Below are positions 55,932 to 64,000 of a stretch of DNA of 64,000 nt, piece after piece (the stretch's first letter is position 1; each line of letters opens with the position of its first letter). The notes beneath the pieces were generated by a model. It made no database searches. It saw only the letters and a program-made list of their open reading frames with translations, and was not told the DNA's origin. The translations under genes and the position numbers were made by a program. This DNA is from a plasmid: sequence record NZ_CP043850.1; one strand, written 5' to 3'.

Positions 55932-56105
55932 GCCTCACGGGAGGGGGCCGCCGCCCAGCGGCCCTCTCCGCCCGGTTAGACGGAACCGAAAAGAGCACCC
56001 GTCGAAGACTTGCGCACCCGCATAACAGGTGTGTATGGTTAGACATGCCAAAGGAACCCGGGCGGGAACCGGCGGCACCGACAACCGAACAGAGAACGGA
56101 GCCGC

Positions 56106-56306
56106 ATGGCGAACAAGGAACTCAAGAAGCTCCTGAAGTCACTCGAAGCCCAAGGCTGGCGAGTGGAACGCCGGAAGAAGGGCTGGATGGCCTACCCGCC
56201 AGACACCGATCAGACGATGGTGACCATCCACGAAACGCTCTCCGACCACCGCTCCTGGAAGAACCAAATGGCCCAGCTGAAACGGGCCGGATACCAGGAA
56301 CCGTGA
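56106..56306 (+). CDS. HicA/YcfA-like small protein (candidate toxin of a type II TA pair)
   Basis: LKKLLKSLEAQGWRVERRKKGWMAYPPDTDQTMVTIHETLSDH fits the HicA pattern. Confidence 0.45.
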   Translation: MANKELKKLLKSLEAQGWRVERRKKGWMAYPPDTDQTMVTIHETLSDHRSWKNQMAQLKRAGYQEP

Positions 56307-56396
56307 CCGGCACCCCCCGGGGGCGGGCCACCCGCCCACCCCCGGGGCACCCCCGCTCCACGCGGCCCCACTCCCACCACCACCGGAGGAACCCCC

Positions 56397-56981
56397 ATGA
56401 CCACCACCGACCAGGACTGGTACGTCGACATCACCTGCACCCTGAGCGCCCCCATCGACGCCGACGACGCCCTGACGATCACCGAACAGCTCGCCCACGT
56501 CTACGCCGTCGCCGCGCTCGCGGACAACGGCACCCGCCTGGAGCTGTCCATGACCGTGCCGGCACCCAACGCCGTCTCCGCGGCCACCCGTGCCCGCGCG
56601 CTCGTCTATAGCCTCGAGCTGGCCCAGGTGGACACCCTCACCGCATTGGAGATCCGCACCGAAGCCGAGCGGGCCCGCCAGCTGGCCGAACCGACCGTGC
56701 CCGCGCTCGTGGGTACCTCGGAGATCGCGGACATGGCCGGGGTGAGCCGCCAGCAGGTGTTCTACCTGGCCAAGCGGCCCGGGTTCCCGGTTGCCGTGCA
56801 GAAGATCGGCGGACGGGTGCTGCGTCGCCGCGATGCTGTGGAGCACTGGCTCAGCACCCGCCGGCATGAGCGTTCCGAGCAGTCCGCGCCGGCCGGTGGT
56901 GGTGCTGTCCCGGGCGAGTGCACGGGCAACCCGAAGACCGGCGCGGACCGGGGGCAGAAGACCTCGCACCTCCACGCCTGA
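56397..56981 (+). CDS. HicB-like antitoxin candidate with a C-terminal HTH (AlpA/XRE-type)
   Basis: HTH TSEIADMAGVSRQQVFYLAKRPGFP; adjacent to the HicA-like gene. Confidence 0.4.
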   Translation: MTTTDQDWYVDITCTLSAPIDADDALTITEQLAHVYAVAALADNGTRLELSMTVPAPNAVSAATRARALVYSLELAQVDTLTALEIRTEAERARQLAEPTVPALVGTSEIADMAGVSRQQVFYLAKRPGFPVAVQKIGGRVLRRRDAVEHWLSTRRHERSEQSAPAGGGAVPGECTGNPKTGADRGQKTSHLHA

Positions 56982-57123
56982 ACTGGCATCGGCTGGAGGC
57001 CGGCGCGGCCTCGTGGGAGACTGAACGCACCCCGCCCGGGTTCAGCACGAGGGCCCCGATCCTGATGGATCGGGGCCCTCGTGCGTCATGGTGGCGACAC
57101 CATCGGCGTACGGGGACGTGTCG

Positions 57124-57507
57124 TCAAGACGAGCCGGCAGCCTGTCGCCGCATCACCGCGCCGCCAGGGCGTCGCCACGTCGGGGGATCAGCGCGCCCAC
57201 AGCCATCGTCAGCCTCGGCAGCGCTGTCATCGACTGCAGCCACCAAGGAACGGAATCCACCGGGGAAGACGTCGCCAAGGCAGAAGAGAATCAGCACGGC
57301 GCCCATCGTCTTCTCCCCAGCCGGGGCAGATCCAGTGCGCCGCAGCTCACGAACAGCGAGCACAGTCGGGGCCAGGGCCGCCCAAGCCAGCACTTTCCAC
57401 GCCAGATCAGGGGCGGCATCCACCACGCCCGGGGTGTGCCGCAACACGGTCAAGACGGCCACGATGACCGACAGGATGGAGAGCAGGGTCTGGATGCGAA
57501 TCTTCAT
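57124..57507 (-). CDS. small integral membrane protein
   Basis: 127 aa; three hydrophobic helices. Confidence 0.45.
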   Translation of the reverse strand: MKIRIQTLLSILSVIVAVLTVLRHTPGVVDAAPDLAWKVLAWAALAPTVLAVRELRRTGSAPAGEKTMGAVLILFCLGDVFPGGFRSLVAAVDDSAAEADDGCGRADPPTWRRPGGAVMRRQAAGSS

Positions 57508-57730
57508 GTGGTCCTCTCAGGGCTCAGTGCGTCTACTTACGTTGTGTTCCGGGATGGAGGCGTGGCGCACCACGAAACGGGACAGCTCTGCCCAGGCATC
57601 GGCAGGGTGGACCGCACCGCCGGCCCAGCAATCCCGAGACGAAGAACGCTGATCCTCAGCTGCCGGCAGTGCCAGCAGGCGGGGACATGCCGCCAAGACG
57701 ACAGCGACGCCAGCCGAAGACGCGCCCGGG

Positions 57731-58687
57731 GTGGATACGATCAGGGCCCCACTGGAGCTGGAGAAGGACGCCATGACCCACGCTGTACTGACTGCCCTGC
57801 GCGACCGCGTCATCGACGACACCCAGCCCCTGCCGGGACTGTTGCGCACCTGCCTGATGCTCGGCGCCGAGACCGGCTCCCAGAGCCTGCGGGAGTGGGC
57901 GCGCTATGAGCTCAACGGCTACACCGCCGACGCCGAACTACCTCCCTACCGGCGCATCTATGCCGGGATGCGCATCTCCTACGTCAGCGGCTACAACGTG
58001 GTCAGCGGCCAGGCCTACGCCTGGTACAACTTGCCGAGCAAAGCGCGGGAGATCGTCCCCGAGCAACTGGAACTGCGCGGCCCGCTGGCCGAACTCGAGC
58101 AGATGGCCGCCCAGGACTCCGCCAGCTTCGGAACTGGCCCACTGAGCGTCGCCCTGCAGATCATCAACAAGGACCTGCCCTTCGGCCAACAAGTCCACCA
58201 GCTGGCCTACTCCGTCCCCGGTGCCACCCTCATAGGCATCGTCGACCGCATCCGCACGACTCTCGTCGAACTCGTCGCCGACCTCACCGCCGACACCCCC
58301 CTCGACCAGCTTCCCAGCAGCGCCACCATCGACGCCGCCGTCAAGACCCATGTCGGCGTGCAGTACAACACCACCATCCACGCCCCCGCCGGCCCCCTCG
58401 CCATCGGCGACGGCGCCCACGCCCAGACCACCGTCGACGACCTCGTCCGCGCGCTCGCGGCCCTGCGCACCATGGCGGAGCAGGAGGGAGAGCAGGAGAT
58501 CCTAGAGGCGGTCGACGACCTCCGGCAGACACTCGAAGAGGGTGAACCCGCCCCCGGACCCGTGGCCGAGAAGACCAGCCGACTGCGCAAGGCGGCGGCC
58601 AACGTGGGCAGCGCGGCCCTGGGCTCCGCAGTCACGGGTTTCGTGGAGACCGTCACCACCATGGCTTTCGGCGGCCTCTTCGGCTGA
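57731..58687 (+). CDS. hypothetical protein (318 aa; start may be the internal MTHAV at 57773)
   Basis: protein-like ORF, no recognised motif. Confidence 0.45.
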   Translation: MDTIRAPLELEKDAMTHAVLTALRDRVIDDTQPLPGLLRTCLMLGAETGSQSLREWARYELNGYTADAELPPYRRIYAGMRISYVSGYNVVSGQAYAWYNLPSKAREIVPEQLELRGPLAELEQMAAQDSASFGTGPLSVALQIINKDLPFGQQVHQLAYSVPGATLIGIVDRIRTTLVELVADLTADTPLDQLPSSATIDAAVKTHVGVQYNTTIHAPAGPLAIGDGAHAQTTVDDLVRALAALRTMAEQEGEQEILEAVDDLRQTLEEGEPAPGPVAEKTSRLRKAAANVGSAALGSAVTGFVETVTTMAFGGLFG

Positions 58688-58866
58688 GCACCCCGCGCCG
58701 GCGGCGGCCAGGCCTCACGGGGGGCCTGGCACGGAAGCGGCTGAGCAGCAGGTAGAGCCCGGGCCCGGGTCCCCTCAGTGCCGCCGATGAGCGGGAGTGG
58801 GCCGCGAGCGCGGGTGGGGATGACGATGGGCGCGGACCGTGTGGTCCGCGCCCGTCGGGTACGTGC

Positions 58867-59112
58867 TCAGATCTGAGTGTGGTCGAGCTCGTGAGCGGTC
58901 AGAGCATCCAGGGTCCTGACCAGGTCGGGGAAGAGGGTGGTCAGCACCTGGATGGAGCGGGGGCCCTTGGGGTGCTCGGGGAGGGAGCGCCAGTGGCGTG
59001 CCACGGTGTGAGCGTGGCGGCCGCGGCGGGTGTAGAAGGCCTGGGCGTGCTGGTAGCCGGCCTTGTAGCCCTCGCTGTAGTCCGAGGCCGTGGTGTGCTG
59101 CTCCATGAGCAA
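58867..59112 (-). CDS. small hypothetical protein
   Basis: 81-aa ORF. Confidence 0.35.
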   Translation of the reverse strand: MLMEQHTTASDYSEGYKAGYQHAQAFYTRRGRHAHTVARHWRSLPEHPKGPRSIQVLTTLFPDLVRTLDALTAHELDHTQI

Positions 59113-59222
59113 CCTCCTTGGGTTGGGGTGCAGGGGGCCTGGACATGGCGGGAGGGCGCAGGCAGCCCGCGGGTGGGTGGGGAGCGCGCGGAGGGGGTGT
59201 TCGTGGGCCTAGCCTCGGGGCT

Positions 59223-60056
59223 ATGAGTGCGGATTGGTGGGTTCCCCTGGTGGGGGCGTTGGTTGGCGCTGTATCGGCGTTTGTGGTGTCGAGGAGGACG
59301 TTGAAGGGACAGGCCGACCAAGCGGCGGTGCAGCGGCTCGAGGCGGCCCTGGCGGAGCTGATTCTGGGAGTCCAGGCGCTGTACGACCCCCGGTCGTACA
59401 ACTCGAAGGAGGCGCCGCCGGTCCCAGATGAGCCGCGGGTGCGCCTGCTGTTGTTGACCGGCTCCGAGGAGCTCGACGAGCAGCTGAGGTGGGTGTGCGT
59501 CGGATGGCTCAGCCGTTGGCGGGTGATGAACGATTTCGCCTGGGACCTTGCTGGGGAGACCGGGGATGAGGACATGCGCGCACTGGGGCACAAGCTGCGC
59601 CGCCTGGCCGGAGAGTTGGTGCCGGCACTGCGCAAGCTCAAGTCCCCGAAGCCGAAGCACGTGAGGGCGACGCTACGTGCCCTGGGGGAGTGGCGGGGCC
59701 GTCTGGAGGACCTGGAGGCCAAACACCGCAATGACGCCGAACTGTGGTCCTTTCAGGTCAACTCGGTCCCCCTCAATGAGGAGACGGAGGCGGCCCTGGA
59801 CAGCCGGGAGGGACTGAGTGAGATGACCGCGCTGGCTTGCAAGCGTGAGCTGAACGTGACCGAGCAGGAGGAGCTGAATCGCCGTCGCCGGGCGGTGCGG
59901 TTGCTGGACCTCCAGGAGTGGGGGTGGGCCAATCCGTTGAGTCCGGCAGAGGTGGCCGAACGGGAGGGGCTAGAGCCGGTTGTTGAGGAGGACTGGGTGG
60001 TGCAGCGCGAAGTGAATGTCCGGCGGCGTGCGGGGCAGGCTAAGCCGGAGGGTTAG
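59223..60056 (+). CDS. hypothetical membrane-anchored protein (start MSADWWVPLVGALVGAVSAFVV)
   Basis: in the frame of ORF 59118..60056; N-terminal TM helix. Confidence 0.45.
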   Translation: MSADWWVPLVGALVGAVSAFVVSRRTLKGQADQAAVQRLEAALAELILGVQALYDPRSYNSKEAPPVPDEPRVRLLLLTGSEELDEQLRWVCVGWLSRWRVMNDFAWDLAGETGDEDMRALGHKLRRLAGELVPALRKLKSPKPKHVRATLRALGEWRGRLEDLEAKHRNDAELWSFQVNSVPLNEETEAALDSREGLSEMTALACKRELNVTEQEELNRRRRAVRLLDLQEWGWANPLSPAEVAEREGLEPVVEEDWVVQREVNVRRRAGQAKPEG

Positions 60057-60107
60057 TAGGCAGAGGGTGCCTGGGTGGCCGGGCCCTCGGGCAAGGCGGG
60101 CCGGCCG

Positions 60108-60170
60108 CGAGCGCGGCTCGGGCGGGGACGTGTCGTGGAGATGGCGGGCCGGCTGCAGCACCCCGCAGCG
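60108..60170 (+). repeat. upstream-module repeat, copy a (GCGAGCGCGGCTCGGGCGGGGACGTGTCGTGGAGATGGCGGGCCGGCTGCAGC...)
   Basis: shares GAGCGCGG..GGGGACGTGTCG..GCCGG with four more copies. Confidence 0.7.
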
Positions 60171-60200
60171 TCGGCTGGGCCTGGCCCACGGGAGGGAGGC

Positions 60201-60806
60201 TCAGCGGCAGCGACGGCCCGCGACGAAAGAACCGATCACGAGCGCTGGCCATGCGGCGTCCCGCAGCGTCAATCGCCTGCGTTCCTCCCGGGGTGTGGAG
60301 TCCTGGGGAGCTGCCACGATGGTGGGGGGTGCGGCCTGCTCCGCATTTGGAGGGCTGGGGAGGAGGGCGCGGAAGAGGACAAATAAGCCCAGGGCGCATA
60401 TAGACAAGGTTTTCTGCCAGTTATTGGGGTTTGGAACTGGGTCCGTCCCAAGAGCCGCGAGCGCTGTCAGGAGCAGAGCGAGAGGGAGCAGGATCATCAT
60501 CGTGAAGAGCAGGGCCTTACGTCGGAGGTTCTTCGTCTTGCCGGCCTGCATGTCCGCAATGAGGCGATCCCAGGCGGGGAAGCCGGATAGAGCGAAGAGG
60601 CCGACGGCGGCGATCAGGCCCAGCCAGAAGTTGGCTGGGTCGGTCGGCATCTGGATGACCTCTACGGGCATGGGGGTTGGGGTGACCTCTACGGGCATGG
60701 GATCCATGGGCCACATGATGCCCTGGTGCACGTCGGCAGTCGGCCTCGGTGAGGGGGCCGCGGAGGCACTCCTGGAGCCGAGAGTGCTGGAGATGGTCTG
60801 CGACAT
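60201..60806 (-). CDS. hypothetical membrane protein (start MSQTISSTLG; could extend to the GTG at 61052)
   Basis: repeat copy b lies directly upstream of this start. Confidence 0.45.
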   Translation of the reverse strand: MSQTISSTLGSRSASAAPSPRPTADVHQGIMWPMDPMPVEVTPTPMPVEVIQMPTDPANFWLGLIAAVGLFALSGFPAWDRLIADMQAGKTKNLRRKALLFTMMILLPLALLLTALAALGTDPVPNPNNWQKTLSICALGLFVLFRALLPSPPNAEQAAPPTIVAAPQDSTPREERRRLTLRDAAWPALVIGSFVAGRRCR

Positions 60807-60817
60807 GAGCCGGCCCG

Positions 60818-60900
60818 CGAGCGCGGGCAGGGCGGGGACGTGTCGCTGAGGGCCGGTTGCAGCTGCCGGCTGCGGGAGGGGGGCCATTGAGTTGGCGCAG
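60818..60900 (+). repeat. upstream-module repeat, copy b (~100 bp near-identical to copy c)
   Basis: GCGAGCGCGGGCAGGGCGGGGACGTGTCGCTGAGGGCCGGTTGCAGCTGCCGGCTGCGG. Confidence 0.75.
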
Positions 60901-61095
60901 CCCCGGAGGCGCGCGATCAGCTTGGAACGGGGCAGGCCTGCTTGCGGGCCGTCGTCGGCGCCTGGCGGGGGTCCGAGGGGTGGCTGCCCGTCCGTCGTAA
61001 CGGGGGGATGCCGAGAGTCTACGAGGCTGGGAGGCGTGCCGGTCTTCCGCACCCCCGGCTCGATCGTCAGGCTCCCCCGGGCCGCCGCGGGGCCC

Positions 61096-61190
61096 GCGAG
61101 CGCGGTCAGGGCGGGGACGTGTCGCCGAGGGCCGGCTGCAGCTGCCGGCTGCGGCGCCGGCTGGGTGTCGTCGAGCTGGCGCAGCCCCCA
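61096..61190 (+). repeat. upstream-module repeat, copy c
   Basis: GCGAGCGCGGTCAGGGCGGGGACGTGTCGCCGAGGGCCGGCTGCAGCTGCCGGCTGCGG. Confidence 0.75.
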
Positions 61191-61223
61191 CCGGGGCGGC
61201 GGGGGCTGCGCGGGTGCTCGCGG

Positions 61224-61712
61224 TCAGTGGGGCAGGGGGATGGGGGCAGGGGGCAGGACGGCGGGCAGGGCGTTGGTCAGGGCGAGGGACTCGCGGAGGT
61301 CGATGTGGTTGATGATCCGGTGGAAGGTGTGCGGGGTCCATGCGGCGGCGAGCTCGGCTGCGGGGTCGTGGGCGGGCCGGTAGAGGGTGAGCACCTGGTG
61401 GGCAAGGTTCGCGGGGACGTCGCCGCCGTTGGGGCCGGTGAGGATCATGGGGCCGAGTACGACGGCGCGCGCCTCGGGCAAGGTGCGGGCGAGGAAGACG
61501 GTGGCCTCGGCGTTCACGGCGTCCTCGTCGATCAGCTCGGACTGCCGGGCGCAGGTGTGCGCGGTCCACGTGGGCGTGGTCAGGGCCTGGGAGCGCCCGT
61601 AGAGGGCGGCGTCGATCTGTCCGGGCGCGGTGATGGTCACGTAGCTCGGGCGCGGGAGCGGGGCGTTCTCGGGGTCGGCGGGGCGGGCGGGGAAGAGGAT
61701 GGCGACGGGCAT
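61224..61712 (-). CDS. hypothetical protein (start MPVAILFP), immediately downstream of repeat copy d
   Basis: 162-aa ORF. Confidence 0.5.
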   Translation of the reverse strand: MPVAILFPARPADPENAPLPRPSYVTITAPGQIDAALYGRSQALTTPTWTAHTCARQSELIDEDAVNAEATVFLARTLPEARAVVLGPMILTGPNGGDVPANLAHQVLTLYRPAHDPAAELAAAWTPHTFHRIINHIDLRESLALTNALPAVLPPAPIPLPH

Positions 61713-61730
61713 GGGTGCGGCCTTTCTGGG

Positions 61731-61810
61731 AGCGCGGTCAGGAGGGGGACGTGTCGTGGAGAGCCGGCACCGGGGCCGGGGCGTTGCACGTGGCGTACAG
61801 CGCTCCGGCC
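61731..61810 (+). repeat. upstream-module repeat, copy d (with imperfect hairpin)
   Basis: GAGCGCGGTCAGGAGGGGGACGTGTCGTGGAGAGCCGGCACCGGGGCCGGGGCGTTGCACGTGGCGTACAGCGCTCCGGCC. Confidence 0.75.
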
Positions 61811-61834
61811 CATGTCGCCGAGTCGGCGGCGGAC

Positions 61835-62209
61835 TCAGGCGTCCGAGCTTGCGGCCTGGAGCAGCTCCAGGTCCTCGGGCTCGCTCAGGTGCTGGGTGAG
61901 CTCGACGGGAAGGGGATTGGCGGTGAGCTTCGGGCGGCAGGCCAGCAGCACCGGCCCGCGCAGGAACGTGTCCCAGTCCGTGCGTCCGTTGGCGGCGTGC
62001 GCGTTCAGGAACGCGGCGGCCTGGTGGTTGCGGTCCTCGGGGGTGTAGGCGCGGGGCTGGGGGTCGGTCCAGAAGTAGACCGTCCAGCCCTGGCCGTGTA
62101 CGGCGTCGAACTGGTCGCAGAAGAACGCCGAAAGGTCCTCGGGGCCGTCGAGTTCGAGCAGCTCGACGGGGTCGGCGGGGTCGGTGGGGAAGTGGATCAT
62201 CTGGGCCAT
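61835..62209 (-). CDS. hypothetical protein (start MAQMIHFPTDPADP), immediately downstream of repeat copy e
   Basis: in the frame of ORF 61835..62287. Confidence 0.5.
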   Translation of the reverse strand: MAQMIHFPTDPADPVELLELDGPEDLSAFFCDQFDAVHGQGWTVYFWTDPQPRAYTPEDRNHQAAAFLNAHAANGRTDWDTFLRGPVLLACRPKLTANPLPVELTQHLSEPEDLELLQAASSDA

Positions 62210-62227
62210 AGCGGGCACCTTCCAGGG

Positions 62228-62309
62228 AGCGCGGTCAAGAGGGGGACGTGTCGCGGAGAGCCGGCGGCCCGGGGCCGGGCGCTGCACACGCGGTGCAGCG
62301 CCCCGGCCC
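62228..62309 (+). repeat. upstream-module repeat, copy e, with an 11-bp-stem hairpin GGGCGCTGCAC-ACGCG-GTGCAGCGCCC
   Basis: GAGCGCGGTCAAGAGGGGGACGTGTCGCGGAGAGCCGGCGGCCCGGGGCCGGGCGCTGCACACGCGGTGCAGCGCCCCGGCC. Confidence 0.75.
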
Positions 62310-62379
62310 GTGTCGCCGAGTCCCCGACACGGCGGGGGCCGCGTGCTCGCGCTCGCGGCCCCCGCGCGGGCGGGGTCGG

Positions 62380-63341
62380 TCAGCCCCGGGAGGGCTTCCA
62401 GGCGTGGGCCCGGTCAGCGGCAATGGCGGCCACCGGCGTTGCAGTGGTCAGAGCAGACACGGCGCGCACATGCGCGTGCCCCGGCGTGCACGCGGCGGCC
62501 TGGCCCAGCCGATCGGCGGCCTGCGTACCCTGGCCACGGAGCCAGGCCACGTAGGCCAGCACGGCCAGCGCCCCGGCGGCGGCCTCGCGCGGCCCCATGG
62601 CCACGGCGGCATTGAGCACCGTCTCCGCTTCCTCCGTGGCCGCCCAGTCCAGCCCGTGCGGGAACGTCCCCGTCAGGAAGTCCACCGTCTCCAGCCGCTG
62701 GGGCGCGGTCACGGCCACCATGGCCGCGTGCAGGTACTCGGGGTCCGGGTGATCCAGGGTCGCCAGCACGACGGCGGCGGCGTTGCGGTCCGCCCGATCC
62801 CGCAGAAGACGGGACATGCCACGCCCCAGCACGCGGATGTCAGTGAGGAAGTCCCCCATGCGCTCGCGGGCGGCGGTGATCAGCGGAGCCAGCGCGGCGG
62901 TGTCCTGCGGCGCGGCGGTCGGGTGCTGGACCGGCGCGCCCCCCTCGACAGCCACGGTCAGCCCGAGGTCAGAGGCCCCCGGCGCGTAGGGTTCGCTCTC
63001 ACCCGTGCTCAGGTTGGTGCAGTTCTTCCCGTCCACCGTCACCAGCGTCTCGACGGGCAACCCGTGATCGACCATGGCGGCCTCCACCTCGAACCAGCGC
63101 AGGGCGCGGTCCTCGGGGCCGTATCCGATCAGGATGGCGCGCTCATGGCCGCTGTCACGCAGGGACTGGGCCAGAAACGTGCCCAGGAAGCCGGCAGGGG
63201 CGGCATCGTCGACGCGCATCACCGCACCCAGCCGGGTGCCGGTCATGCCGATGGCCACCAGGGAATCAGCGGGGGTCTTGCGCAGGGCGGCGGCCGCGTA
63301 GTCGGCCAGCGCGAGCGGAGAAGAGGCCTTGAGGGTCTTCA
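62380..63341 (-). CDS. hypothetical protein (start MKTLKASSPLALADYAAAAL; 320 aa)
   Basis: C-terminal 320 codons of ORF 62380..63951 are protein-like; the upstream part is a Pro/Arg-rich frame artefact. Confidence 0.5.
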
Positions 63342-63439
63342 TGGTGTCCTCCTTGGGGACTGGGGGTGCGGGGCCCCTGATGGGTCCTGCGGGGGTGTGG
63401 TGGGCGGTGCCCTCCAACGTGTCTAACCATACACGTTTG

Positions 63440-63615
63440 GGGCGGGGGTGTCTACTGGGGGTGTGGCGCAGTTTATGGCGTGGTTTATTGCGTAGAGTGT
63501 GGCGTGTGTGTGGTGTGGGGTGTGGTGCGGCGTCCCGTGCGCCCGGTCGTGCCGTCGGGCCGCTGCCCGGCCCGGGCCGCCGTCGGGCCGGTCGGGCCGT
63601 CGGGGCCGGGCGCGC
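63440..63615. repeat. GT-rich block (GTGTGGCG / GTGTGGTG / GTGGTTTATTGCG) followed by four GTCGGGCCG-type direct repeats
   Basis: read in sequence; non-coding. Confidence 0.6.
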
Positions 63616-64000
63616 GTGTGCTCGGCCTCCCGGGGGGTGCTCGGAGTGCGCCGGCCCTCGGCGGGGCCGCGTCGGGGGTTGGGGGAGGGCGGGGCGGCTG
63701 TGTGGGCGTGTGCGGGCCGTTCGTGGGGCCGGTGGGCGTGAGTGCCGGATCGGTGGTGCCCGCGCCTGAGGGGGCGTGTGGGCCGTCCTGGCGGGGGTGC
63801 CCTTGTTCGGCCCGAACCGGCCCGGGGGAGTGTTAGCGCCAGCCCCACCCCCACCGTCCCAGGCCCTGCCGTCTGGCAGCTCGCCCGGCGGCGCGTCAGC
63901 GCCCGCCGTGCCCCGCTGTACGCCGGGGCACTCAACGGGAGGGGCACCCAACCGGCGCGCGGAGCGCGCCCAGGCCCCGCGTCAGCGGGGCGGTCGGCCC

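Noticed and set aside
60517-63951. Very Pro/Arg/Gly-rich ORFs (60517..61569, 62248..63426, 63329..63769, and the N-terminal 200 aa of 62380..63951)
   Set aside because: Low-complexity translations of GC-rich and repeat DNA with no start context. Only the C-terminal 320 codons of 62380..63951 look like a real protein.
1-64000. CRISPR array, rRNA genes, relaxase or tyrosine integrase
   Set aside because: Searched for by eye: there are no spacer-interspersed direct repeats, no rRNA-like conserved stretches and no HUH/MOB or R..HxxR..Y signatures in the ORF translations. The relaxase and integrase, if they exist, lie outside the window.

Overview
High-GC (~70%) actinobacterial DNA that reads as the accessory part of a conjugative element or plasmid. 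A Tcp-/VirB-like type IV secretion module is split in two. Segment 1.4-10.6 kb carries a VirB8/TcpC-like protein, small pilin/VirB3-like membrane proteins, a VirB4-like ATPase, a VirB6-like polytopic protein and an M23+NlpC/P60 cell-wall hydrolase. Segment 51.5-57 kb carries an FtsK/SpoIIIE-like coupling ATPase, small proteins, a HicA/HicB-like pair and a PI3/PI4-kinase-like protein. About 40 kb of cargo lies between them: two identical IS21-family copies bracketing an aquaporin gene and a chloroperoxidase-like hydrolase gene; an IS256-family element; a serine recombinase beside a low-GC single-gene island encoding an OLD/GajA-like ATPase-Toprim nuclease, next to an MmeI-like type IIL R-M enzyme; a methyltransferase/GNAT/GNAT/kinase cassette; and a large copper/heavy-metal locus (CDF+ArsR, copB, copA, copZ, YHS, two csoR, four CsoR-type operator palindromes) with an IS3 element and tRNA-Cys inside it. 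Several unexplained repeat families are present: a ~55-65 bp inverted-repeat family at six loci that brackets gene cassettes, a ~60-100 bp promoter-like module repeated upstream of consecutive small genes at 60-62.3 kb, iteron-like repeats at the window start, and a GT-rich repeat block at the window end. No rRNA, CRISPR array or relaxase was recognised.
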